A stretch of DNA of 32,000 nt from Paracoccus suum (GTDB taxonomy: Bacteria > Pseudomonadota > Alphaproteobacteria > Rhodobacterales > Rhodobacteraceae). The stretch is taken from assembly GCF_003324675.1 (NCBI RefSeq), contig NZ_CP030918.1:150001-182000 (forward strand), in the 5' to 3' direction. The position numbers were made by a program, and so were the translations under genes. The number at the start of each line of letters is the position of its first letter. Positions within the stretch are counted from its first letter, which is position 1. Shown piece by piece: positions 1 through 7,351 of this stretch. A model generated the notes under the pieces. It saw only the letters and a program-made list of their open reading frames with translations, made no database searches and was not told the DNA's origin.

Positions 1-655
1 CCAGCCGGTCGAGCGCGCGGCGCAGGGATGACGCACCCATGCCGAGTTCACGGGCGAGTTGGGCCACCGTCCAATGCGCATCCGGCTGCGCCGCGATCAG
101 CCACTGCGCGCGCTGGGCGATGTCGCCCGCCAGCAGTATCTGCCCGGCAGAATCCTCCGCCAGCAGCATCAGCAGTTCGGTCAACCGCACCTTGCCGACC
201 GCCGCATGGTTGTTGCCGATGGCGGCGGCGGTGTGGACCAAGGTTTCGACCAGTTCAGCGGTCAGCCTGATGGCCAGACGCTCAATCCGCCGCGGCCCGG
301 CGATCGGTTGGATCGGGGCGGGCAGATTCTCGATGCTGAGGATCAGGGATTCGTACAGCCCACGAGCGTCAGGAATGTTAACCACGTCGACCGGCGCCCC
401 GCCAGGCAGCGCGAAAACGGTACCGGCGGGCAAGACCTCGTTAAACGTGCCGGTCCAGACCTCCTTGGTGCCGCGCAGGACAATGCCGAGCAGGGGCGTC
501 TCGGGCGTCACCGAGGCCAGCCGCTCGCGTTCAAGCGCGCAGTAGCAGAACAGCCGCCCGGCAATGCGCTGCTCGCCGGTGGCGCCGGAGGTGACGACGA
601 AATGGTCGAGGCGCGCGAGCAATTCGGCACTCAGGTCATGGGTCATCTGGTTCAT
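1..655 (-). CDS. AraC family transcriptional regulator (partial; 3' end runs off the left edge)
   Basis: Absent from the ORF track because it is open at the window edge. Reverse-complement translation from ATG at 655 reads MNQMTHDLSAELLARLDHFVVTSGATGEQRIAGRLF...GDIAQRAQWLIAAQPDAHWTVAQLARELGMGASSLRRALDRL. That is a ligand-domain-like N-terminus followed by the start of an AraC-type HTH. It is divergent from the MBL hydrolase gene. Confidence 0.7.
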   Translation of the reverse strand, partial: MNQMTHDLSAELLARLDHFVVTSGATGEQRIAGRLFCYCALERERLASVTPETPLLGIVLRGTKEVWTGTFNEVLPAGTVFALPGGAPVDVVNIPDARGLYESLILSIENLPAPIQPIAGPRRIERLAIRLTAELVETLVHTAAAIGNNHAAVGKVRLTELLMLLAEDSAGQILLAGDIAQRAQWLIAAQPDAHWTVAQLARELGMGASSLRRALDRL

Positions 656-793
656 GGGGCACAGTCTGACATGCAGCAGCCTCCATGTCTGACGCGATTT
701 GAGCGTTTCAGGCCCATTTTGGTGAACTTCGGGCGCATGCGAAGGCCGCTGGAAGGGCACGGTCCGGGCATCTATCCACTTAAGGAACGCGCA

Positions 794-1624
794 ATGAAAT
801 CGTCCCTTCTGACCCTCATTCTGCTGTCGCTGCCGGCCATGGCAACGGCGCAAACCGCACCACCAGCGAAGCCGCAAGTCGAATTATGGCGGCTCGATTG
901 CGGGTCGATCGATGTCAGCAACATCAACTTCTTTTCGGACACCGAGGCGTATCCGGACCACCCGCTGCAGATGACCGACAGTTGCTATCTGATCCGGCAT
1001 GGCGAGGAATATCTGCTCTGGGACGCCGGCCTGCCGCTCGACGCCGCGCCGCAGGGGCCCGGGCCGCAGCCCAAGCCGGGACCGGCGATCACGAAGCAGC
1101 TGGCCGAGATTGGCGTGATGCCCGAACAGGTCACCCGCGTTGGCATCAGTCACGCGCATTTCGACCATATGGGGCAGGCCGCCGACTTTCCCGCAGCGAC
1201 GCTGCTGATTGGGGCAGGCGACTGGGCCGAGCTGACTTCCGACAAGCCCGGTTTCGGCATTGATCCCAAGCTGGCACAGCCGTGGCGCGACGGCGGCAAG
1301 GTCGAGGCGGTGGAAGGCGATCTGGACGTGTTCGGCGACAGCAGCGTGACGATGCTGAAGATGCCCGGCCACACACCAGGCGAGACGGCGCTGCTGGTCC
1401 GGCTGGCCGACTTCGGACCGGTCCTTCTGTCAGGTGACGTGGTGCACTTCGCCCAGCAGCTTCTCACCGGCAGCGTGCCGCCTTTCAATGTCAACCGTGC
1501 CGACAGCCTCGCCTCGATGGCGCGACTTGAGGGGCTTGCAAAAGCCCAGGGCGCGCGACTGGTAATCCAGCATGATCCAGACCACATCGGCCGCCTGCCG
1601 GCCTTCCCGGCGAGTGCGCAATAA
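794..1624 (+). CDS. Secreted MBL-fold metallo-hydrolase (N-acyl-homoserine-lactonase-like)
   Basis: Internal ATG of track ORF 59..1624. The N-terminus MKSSLLTLILLSLPAMATAQ looks like a signal peptide. It has the HxHxDH motif (SHAHFDHMG) and a later MPGHTPGE and HD. The upstream 245 codons of the track ORF are antisense to the AraC gene. Confidence 0.8.
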   Translation: MKSSLLTLILLSLPAMATAQTAPPAKPQVELWRLDCGSIDVSNINFFSDTEAYPDHPLQMTDSCYLIRHGEEYLLWDAGLPLDAAPQGPGPQPKPGPAITKQLAEIGVMPEQVTRVGISHAHFDHMGQAADFPAATLLIGAGDWAELTSDKPGFGIDPKLAQPWRDGGKVEAVEGDLDVFGDSSVTMLKMPGHTPGETALLVRLADFGPVLLSGDVVHFAQQLLTGSVPPFNVNRADSLASMARLEGLAKAQGARLVIQHDPDHIGRLPAFPASAQ

Positions 1625-1821
1625 GCGGGCGCATGCGCCCTGTCGGACGCCGCCAGATCCTCACGCCGCCCCACACGGGGCGGCAAGAGGCGCGGCGACG
1701 GGTCCTGGTGGGGGCAACGGCAACAATAAGGAGGGGTCGCCGATTGCAACTGCCTGTTGGGCCCAGCTAACAGGTTCGAGTGCGACGCGCATGTTATTCG
1801 GGTTTGCAACGCGGCGCCGAC

Positions 1822-2175
1822 CTAGATTATTTCTAACAGCTCGATCCGGTTTCCGAACGGATCGTCGACATAGATCCTTCGGATCTTGGGCAAATCGACA
1901 TCCCTATGAAACTCCAGGCCCAAATTCGCCAAATGTTGTTCGGTTTGCTGCAGCGAGGCCACTTGGAACGCGGGGTGGGCCTTCCTGGCGGGACTGAAAG
2001 GCTCTTCGAGGCCGAGGTGAACCTGCACGCCAGGTCTGAAAAACCAGACTCCGCCTCTGCCTTGCAAGGTATCGGGGTTTTCAATCTCGGTTAATCCCGA
2101 GACTTGCACATAGAATCTGCGGGCAGAACCCTCACCGCCCCGGGGCATCGCAAGTTGGACATGGTGAATTGCCAT
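1822..2175 (-). CDS. VOC (glyoxalase/bleomycin resistance/dioxygenase) family protein
   Basis: MAIHHVQLAMPRGGEGSARRFY...DPFGNRIELLEI is a typical VOC fold sequence. A perfect AGGAGG precedes the GTGATCATG start region, so the start is shortened from the track ORF 1822..2244. G+C is noticeably lower than in the rest of the window. Confidence 0.8.
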   Translation of the reverse strand: MAIHHVQLAMPRGGEGSARRFYVQVSGLTEIENPDTLQGRGGVWFFRPGVQVHLGLEEPFSPARKAHPAFQVASLQQTEQHLANLGLEFHRDVDLPKIRRIYVDDPFGNRIELLEII

Positions 2176-2576
2176 GATCACGATTTCCTCCTTTCGACGC
2201 GCCTGCGCGCCGTCCCGGTTATCGCGCAGCCCCAACCTCGTCATGCCGCAAAGAGATCATGGCGATGACGCCGACCGCTATCCCAAATTCAACGGCCGGA
2301 TAATAACTGCTTGTCGGCCTCGCGAAATGCTTGAGCCTTTGGACAACCAGGCGTCGCGGATCGACGTGTCCAAGGGCCCATTAAACGCCCGCTTACCGGC
2401 TCTAATTTCTGGGTCTGCACCGGAATAGGTGGCGGAGATTTGACGAGGGCGAGGCCAAATGGGCACGCCGGCGAACCATTCCACGGACCGGCCACCTTGT
2501 TGCCAATGCCGGCTCCCGAGGAACGGCCCTGCCGAACAAGCGTTGCCTCTCCAAGCTGGCGTATTGATGCATTGGG

Positions 2577-3236
2577 GTGATGGCGCAGGTTTTCTCTCGA
2601 AATACCGATGGCGTTGTGCGTTTTTTGTTGGCAGGTGGCCTCCTTGCCGTGATCGCCATCGCTGTTGTCGGGACCGCGTGGCTGCGGTCCGATTTCGTGA
2701 CCGGCGTGGGCAAAGCCGTCGCACAGCCGGTGCCGTTCAGCCACAAGCACCATGTGGGCGAGATCGGCATCGACTGCCGCTATTGCCATGCGGGGGTCGA
2801 GACCTCAGCCTCGGCCGGGCTTCCGGCAACGGAGGTCTGCATGACCTGTCACTCGCAACTCTACCCCAACGCCGCCATGCTGGCCCCGGTTCGAGCAAGC
2901 TTCGCCAGCGGCGAGCCGCTGCACTGGCAGCGCGTCAACTCGGTCCCCGATTTCGTTTTCTTCAACCATTCGATCCACGTGGCCAAAGGCGTCGGCTGCG
3001 AGACCTGCCATGGCGAAGTCGATGACATGGCGTTGATGGCCAAGGCCCAGCCGCTATCGATGGAGTGGTGCCTCGGCTGTCACCGCGATCCCGAACCGAA
3101 CCTGAGGCCGCCGCAGGACGTCTTCCTGATGCACTGGAAGCCGCCGGACGACATCAAGGAGGTCCGCAAGGAACTGGTCCAGACCCTCGGTATCCACACC
3201 GAAACCATGACGGACTGCTATGTCTGCCATCGGTGA
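2577..3236 (+). CDS. Pentaheme c-type cytochrome, membrane anchored (Alternative Complex III ActA-like / cytochrome c3 family)
   Basis: Five CxxCH motifs (CRYCH, CMTCH, CETCH, CLGCH, CYVCH) and an N-terminal hydrophobic helix VVRFLLAGGLLAVIAIAVVG. It is followed by, and overlaps, an ActB-like Tat-signal ORF, as in ACIII-type operons. The start is GTG 2577 or ATG 2580. Confidence 0.8.
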   Translation: MMAQVFSRNTDGVVRFLLAGGLLAVIAIAVVGTAWLRSDFVTGVGKAVAQPVPFSHKHHVGEIGIDCRYCHAGVETSASAGLPATEVCMTCHSQLYPNAAMLAPVRASFASGEPLHWQRVNSVPDFVFFNHSIHVAKGVGCETCHGEVDDMALMAKAQPLSMEWCLGCHRDPEPNLRPPQDVFLMHWKPPDDIKEVRKELVQTLGIHTETMTDCYVCHR

Positions 3237-3516
3237 CAGCAAAGCGCCCACCGGGGCCGACCCGTGGCGCAGCCTCGAGGAGCTGGCGGCGCGCAGCGTC
3301 ATGCGAGCGGTGATTGCCGCCAAATTTCCCGCGCTGGCGGCTCGTCTGCCGAACGAAATCGACCGCCGGAGCCTGCTCAAGCTCGCTGGTGCATCGCTTT
3401 CGTTGGCGGCGCTCGCCGCCTGCACTGAGGCAAGCGAGATCGTGCCATATGTCCCCCAGCCCGCCAATCCCTGTTTCGGGGTCGGGCGTGATATTGGCCG
3501 AATAAATCGTCCCTAA
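3220..3516 (+). pseudogene. Truncated N-terminal fragment of a Tat-translocated molybdopterin-type oxidoreductase (ActB-like)
   Basis: DPWRSLEELA...FPALAARLPNEIDRRSLLKLAGASLSLAALAACTEASEIVPYVPQP matches the characteristic N-terminus and twin-arginine region of ActB-type subunits, which are normally about 900-1000 aa. Recognisable sequence stops at about nt 3462, and the ORF ends after 98 codons. Confidence 0.65.
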
Positions 3517-3722
3517 GGGGTCGCGATAGGCCGATCGCCCGCGAAGGGTTTGCCGTTATCGGCGGTATGACAGGCAGCGCAATCCCCTGCGTCGACAAGA
3601 TAGCGGCCGCGGGCCACCTTGGCAAAATCGTTCGTCTCCGCCAGTGCCGGGGTTCCGAAAGCAAGCGTCGCCATGCAAGCGAGCGCAGCGCGGACAGAAC
3701 GTATGGCGAAGCGCCCACTCAT
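3460..3722 (-). pseudogene. N-terminal fragment of the cytochrome c subunit of a three-subunit flavoprotein (gluconate/aldehyde-type) dehydrogenase, frameshifted and truncated
   Basis: MSGRFAIRSVRAALACMATLAFGTPALA is a signal peptide. It is followed by GRYLVDAGDCAACHTADNGKPFAGDRPIATP, then a stop at 3513. Shifting one frame continues with PLGTIYSANITPDPETGIGG, the canonical continuation of this family. Similarity ends at about 3460, exactly where the ActB-like fragment on the other strand ends. Confidence 0.6.
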
Positions 3723-3761
3723 GCCTGCACCAAGGGCCCGGGCGACTTGAGATATTGACCT

Positions 3762-4206
3762 GCCATTCTCCAGAACGGAAATGACTTGGTCCTGCTCCTC
3801 CGGCGCCAAGGCCGCGAAAAGTTTTCCATCTTTCTGCGAGGCGATTTGGTCGTTGATTGCCTTGATTGCCGAGCGGTAAAGAGTAGAGGGATTCATGCGT
3901 GACTGATAACCCTGCGTATCCTGGCCTTTCTGCCAAGGCCCGTGCATATACCAGCTTGCGGCACGTCCGTAATCGCCAGCCAGTTGATGGTCGATGAACA
4001 GCGCGACCCCGCAATCCCTCGCTCCGGGCCCGAGCTCATCCCTGGGGATCAATCTCTCAGTCGCCGCCTCGACAAATGCGAGTTCGGCAGCCGTGAAGAA
4101 TTTGTAATCCTGCGTCTGGGGGGGATTGGGAGCGTCGGCCTGACGCAGCTGCAGTCCCAATGCCGGCAGTGAGGAAATGACGCCGGCTGAAAGCGTCCGA
4201 TTTCAT
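3762..4206 (-). pseudogene. Remnant of gluconate 2-dehydrogenase subunit 3 (gamma) family gene, frameshifted near the Tat signal and missing its C-terminal part
   Basis: The body reads YKFFTAAELAFVEAATERLIPRDELGPGARDCGVALFIDHQLAGDYG...GYQSRMNPSTLYRSAIKAIN...LAPEEQDQVISVLENG. A twin-arginine leader MKSDAFSRRHFLTAGIGTAAAS starts at ATG 4206 but lies in a different frame (4206-4160=46 nt). The body frame is closed by a stop at 4203-4205. The FAD (alpha) subunit gene expected between the gamma and cytochrome genes is absent. Confidence 0.6.
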
Positions 4207-4725
4207 CAGAAACTCCCCGTGTTCAAGGGTAGAAACCCGGGGTCAGATGCAAGGTTCCCGCTGACAATGCCGTCAGTCGGCCGCGACCGGATAACTCATT
4301 GAGGCTCAAGGAAAGGATTTACTCCCTACAAGGCCTGAGGGCGCAGGCAGATCATTAATCCGATGGGCGCGTTGGTGGAAGCGCCGACCAGTGGGCGGAG
4401 ACTGCGTTGACGTAACGTCTGAGATTGGGAAACGAGATCTGGCATCAGTGCCCAACCAGACAGAGCAGTCTCCCACTGCCAAGCGCCCTTTGCACCGATC
4501 AGTTACGATTATACCCGCATTGCTCTGCCTCTGCCGACTCTCAACCGAATTCAGTCCCTGCCGGGTGTGAGGCCTGAACTCGTACCGATCTTTCCCCCGG
4601 GGGCGTGTCTTGTCCGACTGCAAGTGTCGCGCGGGATGGCCCCAGTTCTTGCGGCGACCCACGCCCCCTGTTTCCCGCGCAAGGCTTGTGCCAGACTTCC
4701 CCGTGGGGCGAGCAAGAGCAAAGCG

Positions 4726-5421
4726 ATGACAACTACTGACCGCCCAGCAAGCACGCCCCCAGCTATGCCGCAGCCATCCCTTTTGCGCCGCATACTCGCG
4801 ACGAACGTCGGACAAGCGATCGCGTTCTTCGCCCGTCTTGTTACCGCCGCTTATGCCGAATGGCGCGGGGTCGGCCCGGACCATGCCGCGCCGCGGGTCT
4901 ATTTCGCCAATCACGCGAGCCACGGGGATTTCATCCTCATCTGGTCCGTGTTGCCGCCACGGGACCGTCCCCGGCTTCGGCCGGTCGCCGGTGCGGATTA
5001 CTGGAACCGCCCCGGGCTCCGCCGCTTCATCGGGACTGACGTGTTTCGCGCCCTCCTGATCGACCGGTCGGGTGGCGCGACGGGCGATCCGGTGGCGCAG
5101 ATGGCGACCGCTCTGGACGACGGGGCGACGCTGATCCTCTTCCCTGAGGGCACCCGGAACCTGACCGACGCAGCGCTGCTGCCGTTTCGCTCGGGCCTCT
5201 ACCACCTGGCCGCCGCGCGGCCCGAAACGGAGCTGATCCCCGTGTGGATCAGCAACCTCAACCGCGTGCTGCCCAAGGGAGAGTTCGTGCCGGTTCCCCT
5301 GATGTGCAAGGTCGTCTTCGGCGCACCTCTCCGACTGCAGGAGGCGGAAACCAAGACAGCCTTCCTCGACCGCGCCCGCGCCTCCCTGCTGGCGCTGCGA
5401 CCCGAAAGGACCAGCGCATGA
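4726..5421 (+). CDS. Lysophospholipid / 1-acyl-sn-glycerol-3-phosphate acyltransferase family protein
   Basis: Has the HX4D motif (NHASHGD) and an FPEGTR motif. The start is taken at internal ATG 4726 (MTTTDRPAS...). Its stop overlaps the next start (ATGA at 5418-5421). Confidence 0.8.
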   Translation: MTTTDRPASTPPAMPQPSLLRRILATNVGQAIAFFARLVTAAYAEWRGVGPDHAAPRVYFANHASHGDFILIWSVLPPRDRPRLRPVAGADYWNRPGLRRFIGTDVFRALLIDRSGGATGDPVAQMATALDDGATLILFPEGTRNLTDAALLPFRSGLYHLAAARPETELIPVWISNLNRVLPKGEFVPVPLMCKVVFGAPLRLQEAETKTAFLDRARASLLALRPERTSA

Positions 5422-6368
5422 CCTCCGCCAACGGCGATCTGCTGCGCCTGCTGGCAGGTGTTGCCGCTATCCTGGTCAGCGCCTCGCTGATCGGCTGGCT
5501 GCTGGCCCGGCGCGCGCCGGCGGGAAGCCCGGACGCGACCATCATCAACCTCAACGACCGCATCCGCGCCTGGTGGGCGATGGTGATTGTGCTCGGGATC
5601 GCCTTTCTGCTCGGCCGGACGGGCGTCGTGCTGCTGTTCGCGCTGCTCTCCTTTGCCGCACTGCGCGAGTTCATGACGCTGACCAATGCCGGTCGCGCCG
5701 ATCACTGGACGCTCGCCACGGCGTTTTTCGTTGTCCTGCCGTTGCAATACTGGCTGATCTGGGACGACCGCTACGGCATCTTTTCGATCTTCATCCCGGT
5801 CTACGCGTTCCTGCTGTTGCCGATGCTGTCCGCGGTCCGTGGCCAAACGCAGGGATTTTTGATCCGCGTGGCTGAGGTGCAGTGGGCGCTGATGATCTGC
5901 GTCTATTGCGCGAGCCATGTGCCGGCGCTGCTTTTTCTCGATATTCCCGGCTACGCGGGACGCAGTGTGCTGCTGATCGCGTTCCTGGTCGTCGTCGTGC
6001 AGTCGAGCGACGTGCTGCAATACATCTGGGGCAAACTCGCGGGTCGGCGAAAGGTCGCGCCGTCGCTGTCGCCTTCCAAGACCGTCGAGGGCACCATTGG
6101 CGGCGTCCTCAGCGCCACACTGGTGGGCGCGGCTCTTTGGTGGATCACCCCCTTTTCGCCCTTGAAGGCCGCCGCAATGGCCCTTGTCATTTCGCTGATG
6201 GGATTTGCCGGAGGGCTGGTGATGTCGGCGATCAAGCGCGACCGCGGCGTCAAGGACTGGGGCCACGGCATTCCCGGGCACGGCGGCTTTATCGACCGAC
6301 TCGATTCCGTGGTCTTCGCTGCGCCGATCTTCTTTCACCTGACGCGCTATTTCTGGTCGGTGGCGTGA
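5418..6368 (+). CDS. Phosphatidate cytidylyltransferase family protein (CdsA paralog, YnbB-like)
   Basis: A multi-TM protein ending with the CDS signature SAIKRDRGVKDWGHGIPGHGGFIDRLDSV. The start is ATG 5418, overlapping the upstream stop. The track ORF 5244..6368 is trimmed accordingly. Confidence 0.85.
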   Translation: MTSANGDLLRLLAGVAAILVSASLIGWLLARRAPAGSPDATIINLNDRIRAWWAMVIVLGIAFLLGRTGVVLLFALLSFAALREFMTLTNAGRADHWTLATAFFVVLPLQYWLIWDDRYGIFSIFIPVYAFLLLPMLSAVRGQTQGFLIRVAEVQWALMICVYCASHVPALLFLDIPGYAGRSVLLIAFLVVVVQSSDVLQYIWGKLAGRRKVAPSLSPSKTVEGTIGGVLSATLVGAALWWITPFSPLKAAAMALVISLMGFAGGLVMSAIKRDRGVKDWGHGIPGHGGFIDRLDSVVFAAPIFFHLTRYFWSVA

Positions 6369-7024
6369 TGGAGGGTGGACGGCGGCCCCTGAAAAGTCGC
6401 GCGACCGGATGGGCCGCGGCCCTGACGCGGGCCCTGGCCCGCACCTCGCTTACGCCGAACCAGATCTCGGCCGCGGGCGTCGTAGCCGCCGCACTCTCTG
6501 GCGCGGCCTTCATGGGCCATGCGTCGACAGTCGGCGCGGCGCGCGTGGCGCTGCTAATCCTCGCCGCAGGCTTTGTGCAGTTGCGGCTGCTCTGCAACCT
6601 GCTGGATGGAATGGTGGCGGTCGAGGCCGGTCGGGGCAGCGCCGACGGCCGCTTCTGGAACGAGTTCACCGACCGCCTCGGCGATCTGTTGATCCTCGGC
6701 GGCGTCGGATTCGGAATCGGTCAACCGGCACTGGGCTTTGCCTGCGTGGCGGCGGCTTTCCTGACCGCCTACATCCGCGAGCTTGGCGTCACCTGCGGCG
6801 CGCCCGCCGATTTCCGTGGCCCGATGGCCAAGCCGCACCGTATGGCGCTGATCACCGTGGCCGCGATTGTCGCGGCGTTCGAGCCAGTGTGGAGCGGCAA
6901 GGGCGGGTTGCTGCAGGCGGCACTGTGGTTGCTGTTGGTGGGGACCGTGCTGACCGCGGTGCGTCGCGTCGTGTTTATCATCGGAACCCTGCGGAGAGGA
7001 GCGGGCGGCTCCGACTTGTACTAA
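6368..7024 (+). CDS. CDP-alcohol phosphatidyltransferase family protein (YnbA-like)
   Basis: MEGGRRPLKSR...NLLDGMVAVEAGRGSADGRFWNEFTDRLGDLL matches the DG(x)2A...G(x)n D(x)3D family motif, and the protein has several TM helices. ATG 6368 shares one nt with the upstream TGA (GTGATG). Confidence 0.8.
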   Translation: MEGGRRPLKSRATGWAAALTRALARTSLTPNQISAAGVVAAALSGAAFMGHASTVGAARVALLILAAGFVQLRLLCNLLDGMVAVEAGRGSADGRFWNEFTDRLGDLLILGGVGFGIGQPALGFACVAAAFLTAYIRELGVTCGAPADFRGPMAKPHRMALITVAAIVAAFEPVWSGKGGLLQAALWLLLVGTVLTAVRRVVFIIGTLRRGAGGSDLY

Positions 7025-7316
7025 GGTCCATCCTGAACGGCGATCCGCCGTGTTCTCGCGGCGGCGATCACCCTTCGTCCCGGATTCATCCGGATTCCAA
7101 GGCGGGACCTTCCCAAAGCCGTGCATGTGATCTCGCATCAAGGTCCAGGCGACGCGCGTTGCTTATGCCATCCGGTTGATCGCCGGCTTATTTCGCCTGA
7201 ATCCGAGCGCCGGGAGAGCCCTATAGACGGGCTCAATAGTGCTGCTTCCACACGCTCCGTCATTTGTCGCGCATAGCCAAGCCAAGGAACTCGACAGCAC
7301 CAGTGAATATCGCATA

Positions 7317-7336
7317 TTGTCGACAGGTGACAATCC
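7317..7336. promoter_or_regulatory. Candidate operator TTGTCGACAggtGACaATCC (palindromic core TGTCGACA; also TTGTC-N7-GACAA)
   Basis: Lies 16-35 nt upstream of the GTG start of the binding-protein gene at 7352. Sixteen of 20 positions are identical to a motif at 28546-28565 in the divergent promoter region. Confidence 0.35.
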
Positions 7337-7351
7337 AGAAGGAGAACGACA

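Noticed and set aside
59-793. The N-terminal 245 codons of track ORF 59..1624. Analogous long N-terminal extensions occur on ORFs 10662..12449, 12687..14195, 14078..14884, 19366..20850, 20418..21767 and 24298..25725.
   Set aside because: The extensions are Arg/Pro/Gly-rich and overlap the preceding real gene. They are superseded by internal starts that have Shine-Dalgarno sequences or the ATGA/GTGA coupling pattern and give family-typical N-termini.
1627-1640. A perfect 14-bp palindrome GGGCGCATGCGCCC immediately after the MBL hydrolase stop, considered as a terminator.
   Set aside because: A hairpin would have almost no loop, and no T-tract follows. It may be a protein-binding palindrome or weak terminator, but I cannot support either.
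3725-3765. The peptide GRSISQVARALG at the gamma/cytochrome junction resembles the HTH of IS3-type transposase or resolvase proteins, hinting at an IS remnant.
   Set aside because: There are only about 13 residues, with no flanking inverted repeats, no further transposase-like sequence in any frame and no target duplication visible. This is too short to call.
4380-4480. Possible cobalamin riboswitch, from GGGAA and a CCCACTG element reminiscent of the B12 box GCCACTG.
   Set aside because: The spacing and the intervening conserved segments do not match the consensus as I recall it. The downstream gene (an acyltransferase) is not a typical B12-regulated target. It is kept only as an unexplained inverted repeat.
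7304-7314. The 11-mer GAATATCGCAT is repeated at 7304-7314 and 8939-8949, both just upstream of start codons.
   Set aside because: Exact 11-mer repeats are expected by chance many times in a 32 kb window, and the contexts do not extend the match.
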